Positions 9,307 to 19,820 of a DNA stretch of 64,000 bases are shown one piece after another. The notes beneath the pieces are model-generated. The model searched no databases and was not told where the DNA came from. It saw nothing but the letters and a program-made list of their open reading frames with translations. How positions within the stretch are numbered: position 1 is the stretch's first letter; the number at the start of each line of letters is the position of its first letter. Source of the stretch: Bacteroidales bacterium (GTDB lineage: Bacteria > Bacteroidota > Bacteroidia > Bacteroidales > UBA3824); NCBI GenBank assembly GCA_017535325.1, contig JAFXUC010000029.1, positions 14,878 through 78,877 on the forward strand, in the 5' to 3' direction. The position numbers were made by a program, and so were the translations under genes.

Positions 9307-10296
9307 ATGGCTGAAATAAAAGCAAGCGACGTTAAAAAATTAAGAGATTTAACGGGCGCAGGTATGATGGACTGCAAAAAAGCCCTCGCCGAAAGCAACG
9401 GTGATTTTGACGCAGCCATCGATATTTTGAGAAAAAAAGGACAGAAAGTAGCAAGCAAACGCGCCGACAGAGAAGCAAAAGAAGGCTATGTTATCGGTAA
9501 GGCTTCTGCTGACAACAAAAAAGCATACGTTGTTTCGCTCAACTGCGAGACAGACTTTGTTGCCAAAAACGCTGACTTCATCAAATTTGCTCAGGATATT
9601 CTTGACGCGGCAATCAGCGCAGATGCCGCTGACATAGAGGCTGTTAAGGCTCTCGCTTACGGCAAAGGCACTGTTAACGATGAAATCATCAACCAGACCG
9701 GCGTTATCGGCGAGAAAATCGAACTCGGTTTCTACGGCAAAGTTTCGGGCGAAGAGGTTTACTGCTACAACCACATGGGCAACCGTTTGACCGCTCTCGT
9801 AGCCTTCAACAAGGCTCTTGACAACACAGTGGCAAAGAACGTTGCAATGCAGGTTGCTGCAATGGCTCCCATCGCTGTTGACAAAGACGGTATCTCTCAG
9901 GAAACCATCAACAAAGAAATGGAAGTTGCAAAAGAGAAAACCGTTCAGGAGCAGATTCAGAAGAAGGTTGAAGCCGCTTTGAAGAAAGAAGGCATCAATC
10001 CCGCTCACGTTGACTCAGACGACCACATCGCTTCAAACATCACCAAAGGCTGGATTACCGAAGAACAGGGTCAACTCGCTAAGGAAATCAAAGTGAAAGT
10101 TGCCGCAGAAACAGTAGTTCCCGCTCAGATGATTGAGAACATTGCGAAAGGCCGTATCAACAAATTCTATGAGGAGGTTACTCTTCTCAACCAGAAATTC
10201 GAGCAGGACAACAAGATTACCATCAGGGAATATCTTAAACAGTCTGACAAGGATTTGACGGTTAAAGAATTTATCCGTTACGGTTTGGGTAATTAA
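9307..10296 (+). CDS. tsf: translation elongation factor Ts
   Basis: UBA-like N-terminus VKKLRDLTGAGMMDCKKALAESNGDFDAAIDILRKKG. Conserved rpsB-tsf synteny. Confidence 0.95.
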   Translation: MAEIKASDVKKLRDLTGAGMMDCKKALAESNGDFDAAIDILRKKGQKVASKRADREAKEGYVIGKASADNKKAYVVSLNCETDFVAKNADFIKFAQDILDAAISADAADIEAVKALAYGKGTVNDEIINQTGVIGEKIELGFYGKVSGEEVYCYNHMGNRLTALVAFNKALDNTVAKNVAMQVAAMAPIAVDKDGISQETINKEMEVAKEKTVQEQIQKKVEAALKKEGINPAHVDSDDHIASNITKGWITEEQGQLAKEIKVKVAAETVVPAQMIENIAKGRINKFYEEVTLLNQKFEQDNKITIREYLKQSDKDLTVKEFIRYGLGN

Positions 10297-10349
10297 TTCT
10301 GTTTCTTTTTCATATTGAAATATTAATTAAAAAAATGAATTAAGATTGA

Positions 10350-10378
10350 GGCTGTCCTTTTTTGGACAGCCTTTTTTT
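10350..10378 (+). terminator. rho-independent terminator after tsf
   Basis: GGCTGTCC-loop-GGACAGCC stem followed by a T7 run. Confidence 0.75.
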
Positions 10379-10400
10379 AACAAAATTCTCCTTATTTATT

Positions 10401-11132
10401 TTGAATCAGAACAACATTGAAGAGCCGAAAGACGAATTTGAACTCGGCAAAGTAATCGTTTTTGACAAGCCTTTGAAATGGACGTCTTTTGATATTGTCA
10501 ACAAAGTCAGATATTTGCTCCGTAGTTACAGGGGGTTGAAAAAGATAAAAGTCGGTCATGCCGGCACGCTTGACCCTTTGGCGACAGGCGTTTTGATTGT
10601 CTGCACCGGCAAAAAAACAAAGGAAATTCTTTCTTATCAGGAACACACAAAAGAATACGTTGCCACAATAAGACTTGGCGCAGTAACTCCGAGTTATGAC
10701 CTCGAAACTCAAATCATTCCTCAAAGTGATGCCTCGCATATTACTGAAAAAGACGTAGTTGACTGCCTTAAAACTTTTCTCGGCGAACAACTTCAATATC
10801 CGCCCGTGTATTCGGCTAAAAAGATTGACGGCAAGCCGGCGTTTCTGCTTGCGCACAAGGGCAGGGGAGACGAAGTGAAAATGAGGGCTCAACAAATCGA
10901 AATTTTTGACCTTGAACTTTTGGAGTTTGATGACATGAACAAGGAGTTTAAAGTCCGCGTGGGCTGCTCAAAAGGCACGTATATCAGGTCTCTTGCTCAT
11001 GATTTCGGACAGAGAATCGGCACGGGTGCTTATCTCGCCGGTCTGTGCAGGACAAAGATTGGTGAAATTTTGTTAAAAAACGCCGTTACGATAGAAAATT
11101 TTGAGAAAATGTTGGCGGAATCTCAAAAATAA
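10401..11132 (+). CDS. truB: tRNA pseudouridine(55) synthase
   Basis: GKVIVFDKPLKWTSFDIV and the catalytic-Asp block GHAGTLDPLATGVL. The track start (10362) lies inside the tsf terminator hairpin, so TTG 10401 is proposed. The exact start is uncertain. Confidence 0.85.
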   Translation: MNQNNIEEPKDEFELGKVIVFDKPLKWTSFDIVNKVRYLLRSYRGLKKIKVGHAGTLDPLATGVLIVCTGKKTKEILSYQEHTKEYVATIRLGAVTPSYDLETQIIPQSDASHITEKDVVDCLKTFLGEQLQYPPVYSAKKIDGKPAFLLAHKGRGDEVKMRAQQIEIFDLELLEFDDMNKEFKVRVGCSKGTYIRSLAHDFGQRIGTGAYLAGLCRTKIGEILLKNAVTIENFEKMLAESQK

Positions 11133-11160
11133 TTATTAACTTTGCAGATATTGCAATAAG

Positions 11161-11168
11161 TATATTTG
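11161..11168 (+). promoter_or_regulatory. Bacteroidota -7 box (TATATTTG)
   Basis: TAnnTTTG match 28 nt upstream of the queA ATG. A second match, TAACTTTG, is at 11137..11144. Confidence 0.45.
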
Positions 11169-11195
11169 TACTCTTAAAAAAATTAAAGGTTTCAA

Positions 11196-12245
11196 ATGAA
11201 GTTATCCAAATTTAAGTTCGAACTGCCTGACAAATTAATTGCTCAAAGTCCTTCTCAAAACAGGGACGAGTGCAAACTGATGGTTCTTAACCGTGCAAAA
11301 GGTACGATTGAGCACAAAAAATTCACCGACATTGTAAAATATTTCAGCGACGGCGATGTGATGGTTTTCAACAACACAAAGGTTATTCCTGCGCGTCTTT
11401 ACGGCAACAAGGAAAAAACAGGTGCGAAAATCGAAGTTTTTCTGCTTAGGGAATTGAACAAGGAGCAGAGACTTTGGGACGTTTTGGTAGACCCCGCAAG
11501 AAAAATCCGTATCGGCAACAAACTTTATTTCGGCGAAAACGACTCGCTTGTAGCCGAGGTTATCGACAATACGACTTCGAGGGGAAGAACTTTGAAATTT
11601 TTGTTTGACGGACAGTACGACGATTTCAAAAAAATGCTTTACGGCATGGGCGAAACGCCGCTTCCGAAATATATCCACCGTCCGATAACCGAGGAGGACG
11701 CAGACCGTTACCAGACCATTTACGCAAGGTTTGAGGGCGCGGTTTCGGGACCTGCCGCAGGTTTTCATTTCAGCAAAACGCTGCTCAAAAGGCTTGAAAT
11801 CGTGGGCGTCAACTTTGCCGAAATCACCCTTCACATGGGACTCGGACATTTGAGAAGCGTTGACGTGGAAGACCTCACAAAGCACAAAATGGACTCCGAA
11901 CAAATCATTATCGGAGATGCCTGCGCCGAAACTGTCAACAGGGCAAAAGAGGCGGAGAAAAAAATCTGCGCCGTCGGCATAACTACGCTTAAAACTTTGG
12001 AATCTTCGGTTTCAACCAACGGATATTTAAAGCCTTACGACGGCTGGACCAACAAATTTATTTTCCCGCCGTATGATTTCAGCGTACCTTCGGCTTTGGT
12101 AACCAATTTTCACCAGCCGTATTCAACGATGTTGATGTCGGCGTGCGCTTTTGCCGGATTTGAATTTTTGATGCAGGCTTATCAGGAGGCTGTCAAAAAG
12201 AAATACGCTTTCGGCGATTACGGTGATGCAATGTTAATATTATAG
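11196..12245 (+). CDS. queA: S-adenosylmethionine:tRNA ribosyltransferase-isomerase
   Basis: [19 protein letters not shown]...RDECKLMVL, and [13 protein letters not shown]. Full length, 349 aa. Confidence 0.92.
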   Translation: MKLSKFKFELPDKLIAQSPSQNRDECKLMVLNRAKGTIEHKKFTDIVKYFSDGDVMVFNNTKVIPARLYGNKEKTGAKIEVFLLRELNKEQRLWDVLVDPARKIRIGNKLYFGENDSLVAEVIDNTTSRGRTLKFLFDGQYDDFKKMLYGMGETPLPKYIHRPITEEDADRYQTIYARFEGAVSGPAAGFHFSKTLLKRLEIVGVNFAEITLHMGLGHLRSVDVEDLTKHKMDSEQIIIGDACAETVNRAKEAEKKICAVGITTLKTLESSVSTNGYLKPYDGWTNKFIFPPYDFSVPSALVTNFHQPYSTMLMSACAFAGFEFLMQAYQEAVKKKYAFGDYGDAMLIL

Positions 12246-12260
12246 TTAGTTTTTGTAAAT

Positions 12261-12298
12261 AAAAAAACGAATTGAAATTATTTCAATTCGTTTTTTTT
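12261..12298. terminator. bidirectional hairpin terminator between queA and the convergent gene
   Basis: A7-CGAATTGAAA-TTA-TTTCAATTCG-T8. A perfect 10-bp stem that overlaps the last codons of the minus-strand gene. Confidence 0.7.
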
Positions 12299-13375
12299 GT
12301 ATTGGTTTACAGCCTCTTCAAAGGCTTTTGCTCCTGAATGAAAAATCGGGAACAGGTCGTAAGTCGTGTTTATTATTTCCTCAATTCCCGTTCCGAAGTC
12401 AAAGACGGCGTTTTTGAAACTGTTGATGTTGATTCCGTCGCGTTTTACCAAGTCGAACTGAGCGTCGGCATAGCCTATAATATCCGGCATTGACGGCTGA
12501 AAATTAAAGTCTCCGCCGCTTAATCTGAGCGTTGAAATATCTTTTAAGTCTTTGTTTAAGAAATGCTGTTTAACACTGTGTTCTGCAATAAGGTACGCAT
12601 CAAGCGGCAAATCTTCCGCAAAAAAATCGTTTGACAAAGTTTCTGTTACATCGTCCTCTGAAAAACTGTAATTGTTTATCACTGACGGCAGTAAATTCTG
12701 AAAGTCTTTTTCGCCGTCGCTTGCAATGTAAAAGTCGCCGCAGCGGTGAAAAAGATAGTTGCCGTTTGGAATATAAAGCGTTTTTCCGGCTTTTAACGGG
12801 GATTTTCCGGCGGAAAGTCTGCGTTGAATGTAATGCAAAACGGGAGCAGAGTTCAGCGGTTTTACAAAGCCTTCCGTTTCTGAAAAATCCGGCACAAAAC
12901 CGAAGTCAGAGCCTAAGAGCCGGAGGGTTTTTATAACCGAAATTACAAGCCGCGAATAGTTGCAGCGGTAAGACGGAGCGGATTTCAGGACGCAGCCTTT
13001 TGCCAAGGAAAACTTTTCGTCCTCAAAAATATCCTCTTTTGCCTTCATGATTTTTCTGTAACCTTTTGACTTGAATTTGTTGACAAAATCCCTTAATCCG
13101 TCCTTGTTTTCTGCGCAAAACACTTTTTCGGGGTAGACGGTGTTCGGCGAAATGGTATTAAGACACTCAAAAGCGCGGGCGGAATCGGAGAAGGCGAAAA
13201 ATTTTTTTTCGTTTTTTTTATCAAAAACATTTTCGTCGATAAATCTTGATAATATAAAATTTTGCTTTATAAATATCAGATTTTCAGGTATTTCCAAAAA
13301 TACTTTTTCGCCGTTGAACGCCAAAAGCAGCGCGGAGAGTCCGTCGGCAAGCGATTTGAATTTGAATTTCAGCAT
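12278..13375 (-). CDS. hypothetical protein (365 aa, no confidently recognised domain)
   Basis: Long ORF. Start moved to the internal ATG at 13375 (MLKFKFKSLADG...) to avoid overlapping the divergent gene at 13411. No diagnostic motifs seen. Confidence 0.5.
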   Translation of the reverse strand: MLKFKFKSLADGLSALLLAFNGEKVFLEIPENLIFIKQNFILSRFIDENVFDKKNEKKFFAFSDSARAFECLNTISPNTVYPEKVFCAENKDGLRDFVNKFKSKGYRKIMKAKEDIFEDEKFSLAKGCVLKSAPSYRCNYSRLVISVIKTLRLLGSDFGFVPDFSETEGFVKPLNSAPVLHYIQRRLSAGKSPLKAGKTLYIPNGNYLFHRCGDFYIASDGEKDFQNLLPSVINNYSFSEDDVTETLSNDFFAEDLPLDAYLIAEHSVKQHFLNKDLKDISTLRLSGGDFNFQPSMPDIIGYADAQFDLVKRDGININSFKNAVFDFGTGIEEIINTTYDLFPIFHSGAKAFEEAVNQYKKNELK

Positions 13376-13410
13376 TTTAATTTTTAATTTTGCCAAAAAT
13401 ATGAAATTAA

Positions 13411-16380
13411 ATGATGACTTCAAAAATAAAAAACGTTTTTTTCTTTGCCGGACTTGCGCTGTTTTTTTCGGCACTGATGTTTTCATGTGCGCAGGTAGGC
13501 ACGATTACGGGCGGCGAAAAGGATACAACCGCCCCGGAACTCAAAAAAAGCAAACCGGTGATTTATTCTTCCGGTTTTGACGGCAGAAAGGCAAAAATAA
13601 AATTCAACGAGTATTACTCGCTTGAAAATGTCGAGCAGAAATTTATGATGTCGCCGCCTCAGGACAGTCTTAAACCAAAAATCAAAACCAAAGGTAAGTG
13701 GCTGATAGTCAAGTTTAAAGAAAAACTCAAAAAAGACACCACTTATACTTTGCAGTTTTTTGACGCGGTAAAGGATTTTAACGAGGGCAACAAGATTGAC
13801 AATTTTGAGTTTGTTTTTTCAACCGGCGTAGAGCCTGCCGATTCCTGTGCCGTTTCGGGTCAGGTTTTTGACGCTCAGACACTTGAAAAACAAAAAGATA
13901 TGCTTGTGTGTCTTTACGGCGTGCAGACCGGTTTTGCGGATTCCGTTCCCATGAAACGCCGTCCCGATTACATTACCCGTACCGATACGGCTGGAAAATT
14001 CAAAATCAACAATATCCGTAACGGCGAATATAAGATTTTTGCTCTTGCCGACATCAACGAAACGCAGCGTTTTGACCTCGAAAACGAAAAAGTCGCTTTC
14101 TTGAAATCGACTTTCAAAACCAACGCGCAAAGGGTTATGAAAATCGACTCTCTCAGGGCGGGAACGATTCTCCATTCCGGCGAAAAAGGACACAGAATTT
14201 TGGACACGCTTTTAAGCGACACCGTCATCATACAAGACCTTTTGTATACCACGCCGAACAATTTGAAACTGTACAGTTTTGAGGAAGTGCATCTTGTCCA
14301 GTACATTTCAGAAAGGACGAGAGACATGCGCTGCCGTGTGAAGTTAACCTTTAATAAAACGGTAGGAGAGGACACTGTATTAATCACTTACGTTGACGAT
14401 ACTTTGAAAAGTCCGTCTATGATTTACGACTACAACAAAACCCGCGATTCGCTTATCGTGTGGTTCAGGGACACCGTTGACATCAACAACGACACGCTCG
14501 AACTCCGCGTAACGTTTGCGACTTTGGACTCTCTGAAACGACCTACAACCGAGACCGACACAATCAGCGTAAAATTCAAGAAGAAAACCGCCGCAAAACA
14601 AACCGACAAAAAAGCCGCTAAAACCGAAGACACCGGCATTGACAGTCTGAATTTCAGAATCAAGACCAATTTCTCCGGCGATTTCGACATCAACGGCAGC
14701 ATAAATGTCCAGATTCCGATTGTGCTTGACGACATTGACACGTCGAAAATAAAACTTTACGAGGTTCAGGACAGCAGTTTTGCCGAGGATATGAACAACA
14801 AAATCGTTAAGACTTTGAGGCTTGACTCGGCAAATTACAGAGTGATTTTCAAGCGTCCGATTCATGGCGACATAATTTTTTACCCGACCGATTCTGTTGT
14901 AAGAAAAGACTGGTACAGAGCCGTTTACTCTAAAAACAGGGATACTGTTGACATTGAAGTTACGGATTCTGCGATGATACGCCGCTCAAAATTCCCGAAC
15001 CTTTTGAAATATTACAACGAATATTACATGGGTCAGGTTCAAAAAATCCGCGACTCTGTCTCAACGGTTATCGCGCCGCAAAAAATTATCCGTTATTGGC
15101 GTCCGACGAGGGATTCTGTGAAAATTATTTTTGAGAAATCTCCGTCGGAGCAGTTGGAAGCCCTGCCGATTAACATCGAGAAATTTCCTGAAAACGGTCT
15201 TGAATTTATCCGCGACAAGGAAAACGTTACGATTTTGCTGAAAGACACCTCTGCGTTGCGGAAAGATACTCTGGCTCTGAAAATCAATTGTTTTGACCGT
15301 CAGGTTTTCAACAAAAACCACAAACTTGTCAATAAGTTTTTGAAAGATACGCTCTTTGCTATTTACAAAATTCCGTTTCAGAGACTGAAAAGCAAGGAAC
15401 TTATTGACGGAGATACGATGCGTTTTGTTTTTGAACAGAAACTTGAAACTGTCCCGGAGGTTACTTTGACGGATTTTTCCAACAAGTCAACTTTGTGGTA
15501 TGACGGCTTTTTGAGCGCGGGAAAAGATACTTTTTCTCTTGTAGTTAACGATTTGGAAGTTAAAAAGTTGGATACGATTAATTATTGTATTGCTTATAAG
15601 TCGTTGACAAGAAGGGAAACCGATACTTTGATGCGCGACAGTCTGCGTTTTGTAAGACCGAAAGCCGAGCCGGAAGATGACGGCAAAGGCAACCGCCGCC
15701 GTAAAAGCGACGCGGGCAGGGAAAGCCGTCAAAAGCAGGAAGAGGCTAAAAAAGACATGGCACAGGCAACTTTGCTGTTTGAAAAACAGTATGTTATGAC
15801 CCGCGATTCGATGAACTCCAAAAACTTGGTTTTGAATTACGAGTTTGAGCCGGGCAAGCAGTATTATTTGGAAATTGAGGATTCTACCTTCAATTCCGTG
15901 TATTCAACGCCCAACCTTTATATTTTGAGCAAGGCGAAAATCCGCGAACTCGACTATTACGGCACAATGAAAATAAACCTTATGAACACCGGCAACGTTG
16001 AGCATTATCCTGACATTGACGAGGATTTGCCGCCGTTTGAGGATATTGACACGGCAAAAGTCCGCCGCAGAAAAATCAATCCTAACGACACTTTGCCGGC
16101 AACTTTTACGTCCGTTAACAAGGGACAACTCATTGTCTGCCTCTGCACCGACAAGGGCGAGATAAAATACTCAAAATTTGCAAAAGAAGACGGCGAGGTT
16201 TTGTTTGACTTTATCCTGCCTGCGGATTACAAAGTAAAAGTGATTTGGGATATGAACTCAAACGGCAAATGGGATACGGGAAAATATATTGAAGGTCTTT
16301 ACCCGGAAAAAGTTATTGAATTTCCTAAAAAACAGACCGTTAAATCGAAATGGGAAACCAACTTGGATTGGAAGTTATGA
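13411..16380 (+). CDS. large Ig-like (SbsA/Big_5-type N-terminal domain) lipoprotein, unknown function
   Basis: 989 aa. Lipoprotein signal LMFSCAQ followed by GTITGGEKDTTAPEL, a motif typical of SbsA_Ig-domain proteins. K/R/E-rich linker near residue 760. Confidence 0.55.
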   Translation: MMTSKIKNVFFFAGLALFFSALMFSCAQVGTITGGEKDTTAPELKKSKPVIYSSGFDGRKAKIKFNEYYSLENVEQKFMMSPPQDSLKPKIKTKGKWLIVKFKEKLKKDTTYTLQFFDAVKDFNEGNKIDNFEFVFSTGVEPADSCAVSGQVFDAQTLEKQKDMLVCLYGVQTGFADSVPMKRRPDYITRTDTAGKFKINNIRNGEYKIFALADINETQRFDLENEKVAFLKSTFKTNAQRVMKIDSLRAGTILHSGEKGHRILDTLLSDTVIIQDLLYTTPNNLKLYSFEEVHLVQYISERTRDMRCRVKLTFNKTVGEDTVLITYVDDTLKSPSMIYDYNKTRDSLIVWFRDTVDINNDTLELRVTFATLDSLKRPTTETDTISVKFKKKTAAKQTDKKAAKTEDTGIDSLNFRIKTNFSGDFDINGSINVQIPIVLDDIDTSKIKLYEVQDSSFAEDMNNKIVKTLRLDSANYRVIFKRPIHGDIIFYPTDSVVRKDWYRAVYSKNRDTVDIEVTDSAMIRRSKFPNLLKYYNEYYMGQVQKIRDSVSTVIAPQKIIRYWRPTRDSVKIIFEKSPSEQLEALPINIEKFPENGLEFIRDKENVTILLKDTSALRKDTLALKINCFDRQVFNKNHKLVNKFLKDTLFAIYKIPFQRLKSKELIDGDTMRFVFEQKLETVPEVTLTDFSNKSTLWYDGFLSAGKDTFSLVVNDLEVKKLDTINYCIAYKSLTRRETDTLMRDSLRFVRPKAEPEDDGKGNRRRKSDAGRESRQKQEEAKKDMAQATLLFEKQYVMTRDSMNSKNLVLNYEFEPGKQYYLEIEDSTFNSVYSTPNLYILSKAKIRELDYYGTMKINLMNTGNVEHYPDIDEDLPPFEDIDTAKVRRRKINPNDTLPATFTSVNKGQLIVCLCTDKGEIKYSKFAKEDGEVLFDFILPADYKVKVIWDMNSNGKWDTGKYIEGLYPEKVIEFPKKQTVKSKWETNLDWKL

Positions 16381-18221
16381 GGAAAATAGTTTTTTTGTTT
16401 GTGATAATTTTGTGCGGCGCGGCGGTTTCGGCGCAAAAACCTGTCGCTAAAATCTTCTCGCCCGACAAAAAATACAGAGCGGAGTTTTTTTTCAATGACT
16501 CCGTTCTTTGTTATTGTTTGAAAGACAACGCCGCCGATACGTTTGTAATTTCGGCTTCAAAAACGGGTTTTGTTTTGGACACGAATTTCGTTTTTTCCAC
16601 GCTGAAAGATACTCTGCTCGGTATGAAAAAGCAAAAATATTCTGCGGTTTTGAGGAATGATTTCGGTGAAAGAAAATTTCAGGAGGACAAATATACTGTT
16701 CTGCGTGCGGATTTAAAAAACGGCGGAGTAGGGTTTCAAATTCAGATAAGGCTTTATAACCGCGCACTTGCCGTCCGTTACATCGTTAAAACTACTGGAA
16801 AAAGGCTGATTACCGCCGACAAAACTGAGTTTAACCTCTCGCGTTTGAATCTTATTTATTACAGCGAATACCGCGTTGAAGACGGTTACAGGTCGGCTTC
16901 TTCGGATCTTTACAACAATTTGACGCCGCTTTTTGTAACGGACAGAAACCGTAAGTTTTCTTTTCTGATTAACGAGGCGGCAAACTTTGCACAGGCGTCC
17001 AAAATGCGGGTTACGATGAAAAAAGGCGTTTATATGCCGGTTCAGAGTTTTAAGAATGACACTATGATGATTACTCCGTGGCGTTATATCATTTATGGAA
17101 GTAACCCGAAAGAAATGGTTGAAAACAAATACGTTATTCATTCTTTGAATTTTCCGACCGACAAGGATACGAGCGGATGTTCGTGGATTAAGCCGGGGAC
17201 GGTTTACCGTTATGCCTTGCAGAATTATTCGTTTGACCTGATAAAAAACAGCATTGATTTTTGCGCGGAAAACTCTATAAAATACCTCCTTTTTGATGCT
17301 GGCTGGTATGGCAACGAAAACGATAAAAAATCCAGTCCTTTTTTCCCTGCCGGAGATTTTGACGTGAAAAAGACTTCCGCTTACGCAGCGGAAAAAAACA
17401 TCGGCATTATGCTGTATGTCAATCAGACGGCATGGTATAAATGCAACAAAAAGCAACTTTTGGATACTTTTCAACTTTGGGGCGTTTCGGGCGTAAAACT
17501 CGGCTTTATGGCGGCAAGAAGTCATTTCGGGCTTGCAAGTATTTATGATATTGTTGATTTGGCAAAAGAGCGTAAAATGCTCGTTAACGTCCATGACGAA
17601 ATGCGCCCGACGGGAACGGAAATCATTTATAAAAACATGATGACTTTTGAGGGCGTGCGCGGCAACGAATACACTGACAACTGGGCGTATCATACTATGC
17701 TTCTGCCTTTTACGCGGTGCATGACTGGTGCGACGGATTATACAATCTGTTATCCGGGCTATCCTGAGTACGCCAACGGAAAAGTATCGCAGATGCGCAA
17801 CTCCAAATGTCATCAGATGGCATTGTCGGTGATTCTGTTTTCGCCGTTGCAGCATATTTTTTGGTACGGTCAGCCTTTTTTTTACACTAAGAAGGAGGAA
17901 ATCGAATTTTTTAAGGGTTTGCCGACGGTTTGGGACGATTTTAAGGTAATTGACGGCGACCCCGGACGATATTTCTCAATCGCGAGAAAAAGCGGTAAAA
18001 AATGGTATCTTGCAGCCGCGTGTTTTTCGGCGAGAGAGTTTAATGTTGCTTTCGATTTTCTTGACCCGAAGAAAAAATACACCGCCGTTATTTACGAAGA
18101 CGACGGCAAAAACGGTGTCAAGATAACACGCGGCGTAAGTCTTACAAAAGACACTGAAATGAGTTTTTCTCTGAAACCTTCCGGCGGAATGACGGCGATT
18201 ATAGAAGAAATGCAAGAATAA
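16377..18221 (+). CDS. glycoside hydrolase family 97-like (alpha-glucosidase/alpha-galactosidase family)
   Basis: Start moved to the ATG at 16377 (MRKIVFLFVIILCGAAVSAQ), overlapping the upstream stop as ATGA. Blocks YLLFDAGWYG, GVSGVKLGFM and TFEGVRGNEY resemble the GH97 catalytic domain. Confidence 0.65.
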   Translation: MRKIVFLFVIILCGAAVSAQKPVAKIFSPDKKYRAEFFFNDSVLCYCLKDNAADTFVISASKTGFVLDTNFVFSTLKDTLLGMKKQKYSAVLRNDFGERKFQEDKYTVLRADLKNGGVGFQIQIRLYNRALAVRYIVKTTGKRLITADKTEFNLSRLNLIYYSEYRVEDGYRSASSDLYNNLTPLFVTDRNRKFSFLINEAANFAQASKMRVTMKKGVYMPVQSFKNDTMMITPWRYIIYGSNPKEMVENKYVIHSLNFPTDKDTSGCSWIKPGTVYRYALQNYSFDLIKNSIDFCAENSIKYLLFDAGWYGNENDKKSSPFFPAGDFDVKKTSAYAAEKNIGIMLYVNQTAWYKCNKKQLLDTFQLWGVSGVKLGFMAARSHFGLASIYDIVDLAKERKMLVNVHDEMRPTGTEIIYKNMMTFEGVRGNEYTDNWAYHTMLLPFTRCMTGATDYTICYPGYPEYANGKVSQMRNSKCHQMALSVILFSPLQHIFWYGQPFFYTKKEEIEFFKGLPTVWDDFKVIDGDPGRYFSIARKSGKKWYLAAACFSAREFNVAFDFLDPKKKYTAVIYEDDGKNGVKITRGVSLTKDTEMSFSLKPSGGMTAIIEEMQE

Positions 18222-18258
18222 AAAATGCCGGAATGTTTTCTCAACATCCGGCATTTCA
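18222..18258. terminator. bidirectional hairpin terminator between GH97 and gldK/porK
   Basis: ATGCCGGAATGTT...AACATCCGGCAT stem flanked by A and T runs. Confidence 0.65.
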
Positions 18259-18286
18259 ATAAAGAGTATTATGAAATTATTTTTTT

Positions 18287-19735
18287 TTAGAAATTGCCAT
18301 ACTCCCAATCGGTTGAACTGCGTCCCATGTAAGATCTTACGCATCTGAAACCGATGTAACATTTTGCTGTGTCCTGATATTCGTAAGTTCTTGTTGCAAC
18401 TTGAAGATAATATCCTACGTCTTTCCAAGAACCGCCGCGGACAACTTTTCTTTTCAATACGGGTGGATCGTCAGCCAAAGCATTGTAACTGTAATCGGGG
18501 TTCAAGTCGTGTGTGTAACTGTAAGCCGATTCGTCGAATGCATTAGAAGTCCATTCTGCAACGTTGCCTGCCATATCGTAGAGACCGTATTCGTTAGGAG
18601 CGTAGGTTGCAACTTCGATTGTTCTTGCCGCACCGTCGTCTGCGTAACGACCTCTAAGCGGTTTGAAGTTTGCGATAAAACATCCTGAGTTGTTTCTTGT
18701 GTAAGGACCGCCCCAGGGATACATTGAGAGTGCCAAGCCGCCGCGTGCTGCGTATTCCCATTCAGCCTCGGTGGGAAGACGGTAGTTTTCCATAGGATAT
18801 TGTCCGTTCTGAATGAGGTGGTTGTTCAAAAGGTCGGTTCTCCAAATACAGAATGCCGTAGCCTGTTTCCAGTTGACACCTACAACGGGATAGTCGTCAA
18901 ATGCAACGTGCCAGAAATACTTTCTTGCCATAGGCTCGTTGTAAGAATAGGTATAATCGCTCATCCAGCAGAGTGTGTCGGGATATACGTTGATTCTTCC
19001 CTGCATGATGAAAGAACGTCTGTCCTGAATCGGAACTACATTGCCTTTTGCGTCAATTACCGTTCCGTCGTATTTACCGCCGGTGAAGTCTTCGTTGAAG
19101 TTGTAACGGTTCTGTTTCAAAGCCGCCTGACGGAGATCTACCCAATAATAGTCGTAAATCAACTTTCTTGTGTCAATTTCCTGTAATTTGTTGAAACGCT
19201 CCTCTTTGATAAGGAAGAGGTCTTTTGTTGCATCAGAAATAGCCTGACGCTCTTCGCCTTTGCCGGATTTGTCCCAAACTTTCTCTCTGTTTTCCCAGTT
19301 GAGCCAGCAGGTTTTGGGGTCTGACGGGTCGTATTCATTGGGGTCAACATTCTCTTCGTCAACGTTGATTTTAAAAATATTCCCTTTTGCATCGTCGCCG
19401 ACACCTGCTATAAGGCACAAACGCATTGCAATAGAGTCTCTTACCCATTCTACAAACTGACGGTATTCGTTGTTTGTAATTTCTGTGTCATCCATCCAAA
19501 ACGGGTCTACCGTTATGGTTTTTGCCCGTGCGGTCATCGAAAAGGGTACGTCCTGATCGTTGGGTCCTATGTTGCAACTTCCCTGAGGTATAAAAACCAT
19601 ACCGTAAGGATCTGTCTCGATATAGTTTTTAGGACGGTTGCCTGCTCCTACGAGTTCGCCCGTTTCCTTGCTTCCTCCGAGACAGCCGCTGAGAACCATA
19701 AGTCCTGATGCCGCTGCTATAATAACTTTCTTCAT
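18287..19735 (-). CDS. porK: GldK/PorK-family type IX secretion / gliding lipoprotein (FGE-sulfatase/SUMF1 fold)
   Basis: Lipobox LSGC. GELVG...PYGMVFIPQGS...TVDPFWMDDTEITNNEYRQFVEWVRDS and the C-terminal VVRGGSW match the GldK/PorK pattern more closely than GldJ. 482 aa. Confidence 0.75.
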   Translation of the reverse strand: MKKVIIAAASGLMVLSGCLGGSKETGELVGAGNRPKNYIETDPYGMVFIPQGSCNIGPNDQDVPFSMTARAKTITVDPFWMDDTEITNNEYRQFVEWVRDSIAMRLCLIAGVGDDAKGNIFKINVDEENVDPNEYDPSDPKTCWLNWENREKVWDKSGKGEERQAISDATKDLFLIKEERFNKLQEIDTRKLIYDYYWVDLRQAALKQNRYNFNEDFTGGKYDGTVIDAKGNVVPIQDRRSFIMQGRINVYPDTLCWMSDYTYSYNEPMARKYFWHVAFDDYPVVGVNWKQATAFCIWRTDLLNNHLIQNGQYPMENYRLPTEAEWEYAARGGLALSMYPWGGPYTRNNSGCFIANFKPLRGRYADDGAARTIEVATYAPNEYGLYDMAGNVAEWTSNAFDESAYSYTHDLNPDYSYNALADDPPVLKRKVVRGGSWKDVGYYLQVATRTYEYQDTAKCYIGFRCVRSYMGRSSTDWEYGNF

Positions 19736-19820
19736 AATACTGTATTAATTTGCTGATATACTCTTATAACGTAAGTTTCTGAATTTTCTTTTGCAAACGA
19801 GAAACTTTTTTAATTTTTTT

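Noticed and set aside
12278-13486. Extended N-termini suggested by the track for several genes, including 12278..13486, 20741..23296, 36975..38108, 38186..39262, 41007..41366, 48202..48822, 51837..53927, 58228..58653 and 58637..59140
   Set aside because: Internal ATGs give canonical N-termini or signal peptides, sit 15-30 nt downstream of TAnnTTTG boxes, and remove overlaps with neighbouring genes. The longer versions add basic, low-complexity leaders.
16713-17855. Long antisense ORFs inside well-supported genes, for example 16713..17855(-), 1043..1669(-), 9349..10008(-), 11235..11903(-), 24212..25093(-), 43802..44350(-), 52824..53438(-), 60064..60909(-)
   Set aside because: Each lies fully within and antisense to a gene with strong family motifs. 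Their translations are Arg/Phe/Lys/Val-rich with no recognisable motifs, typical of shadow ORFs.
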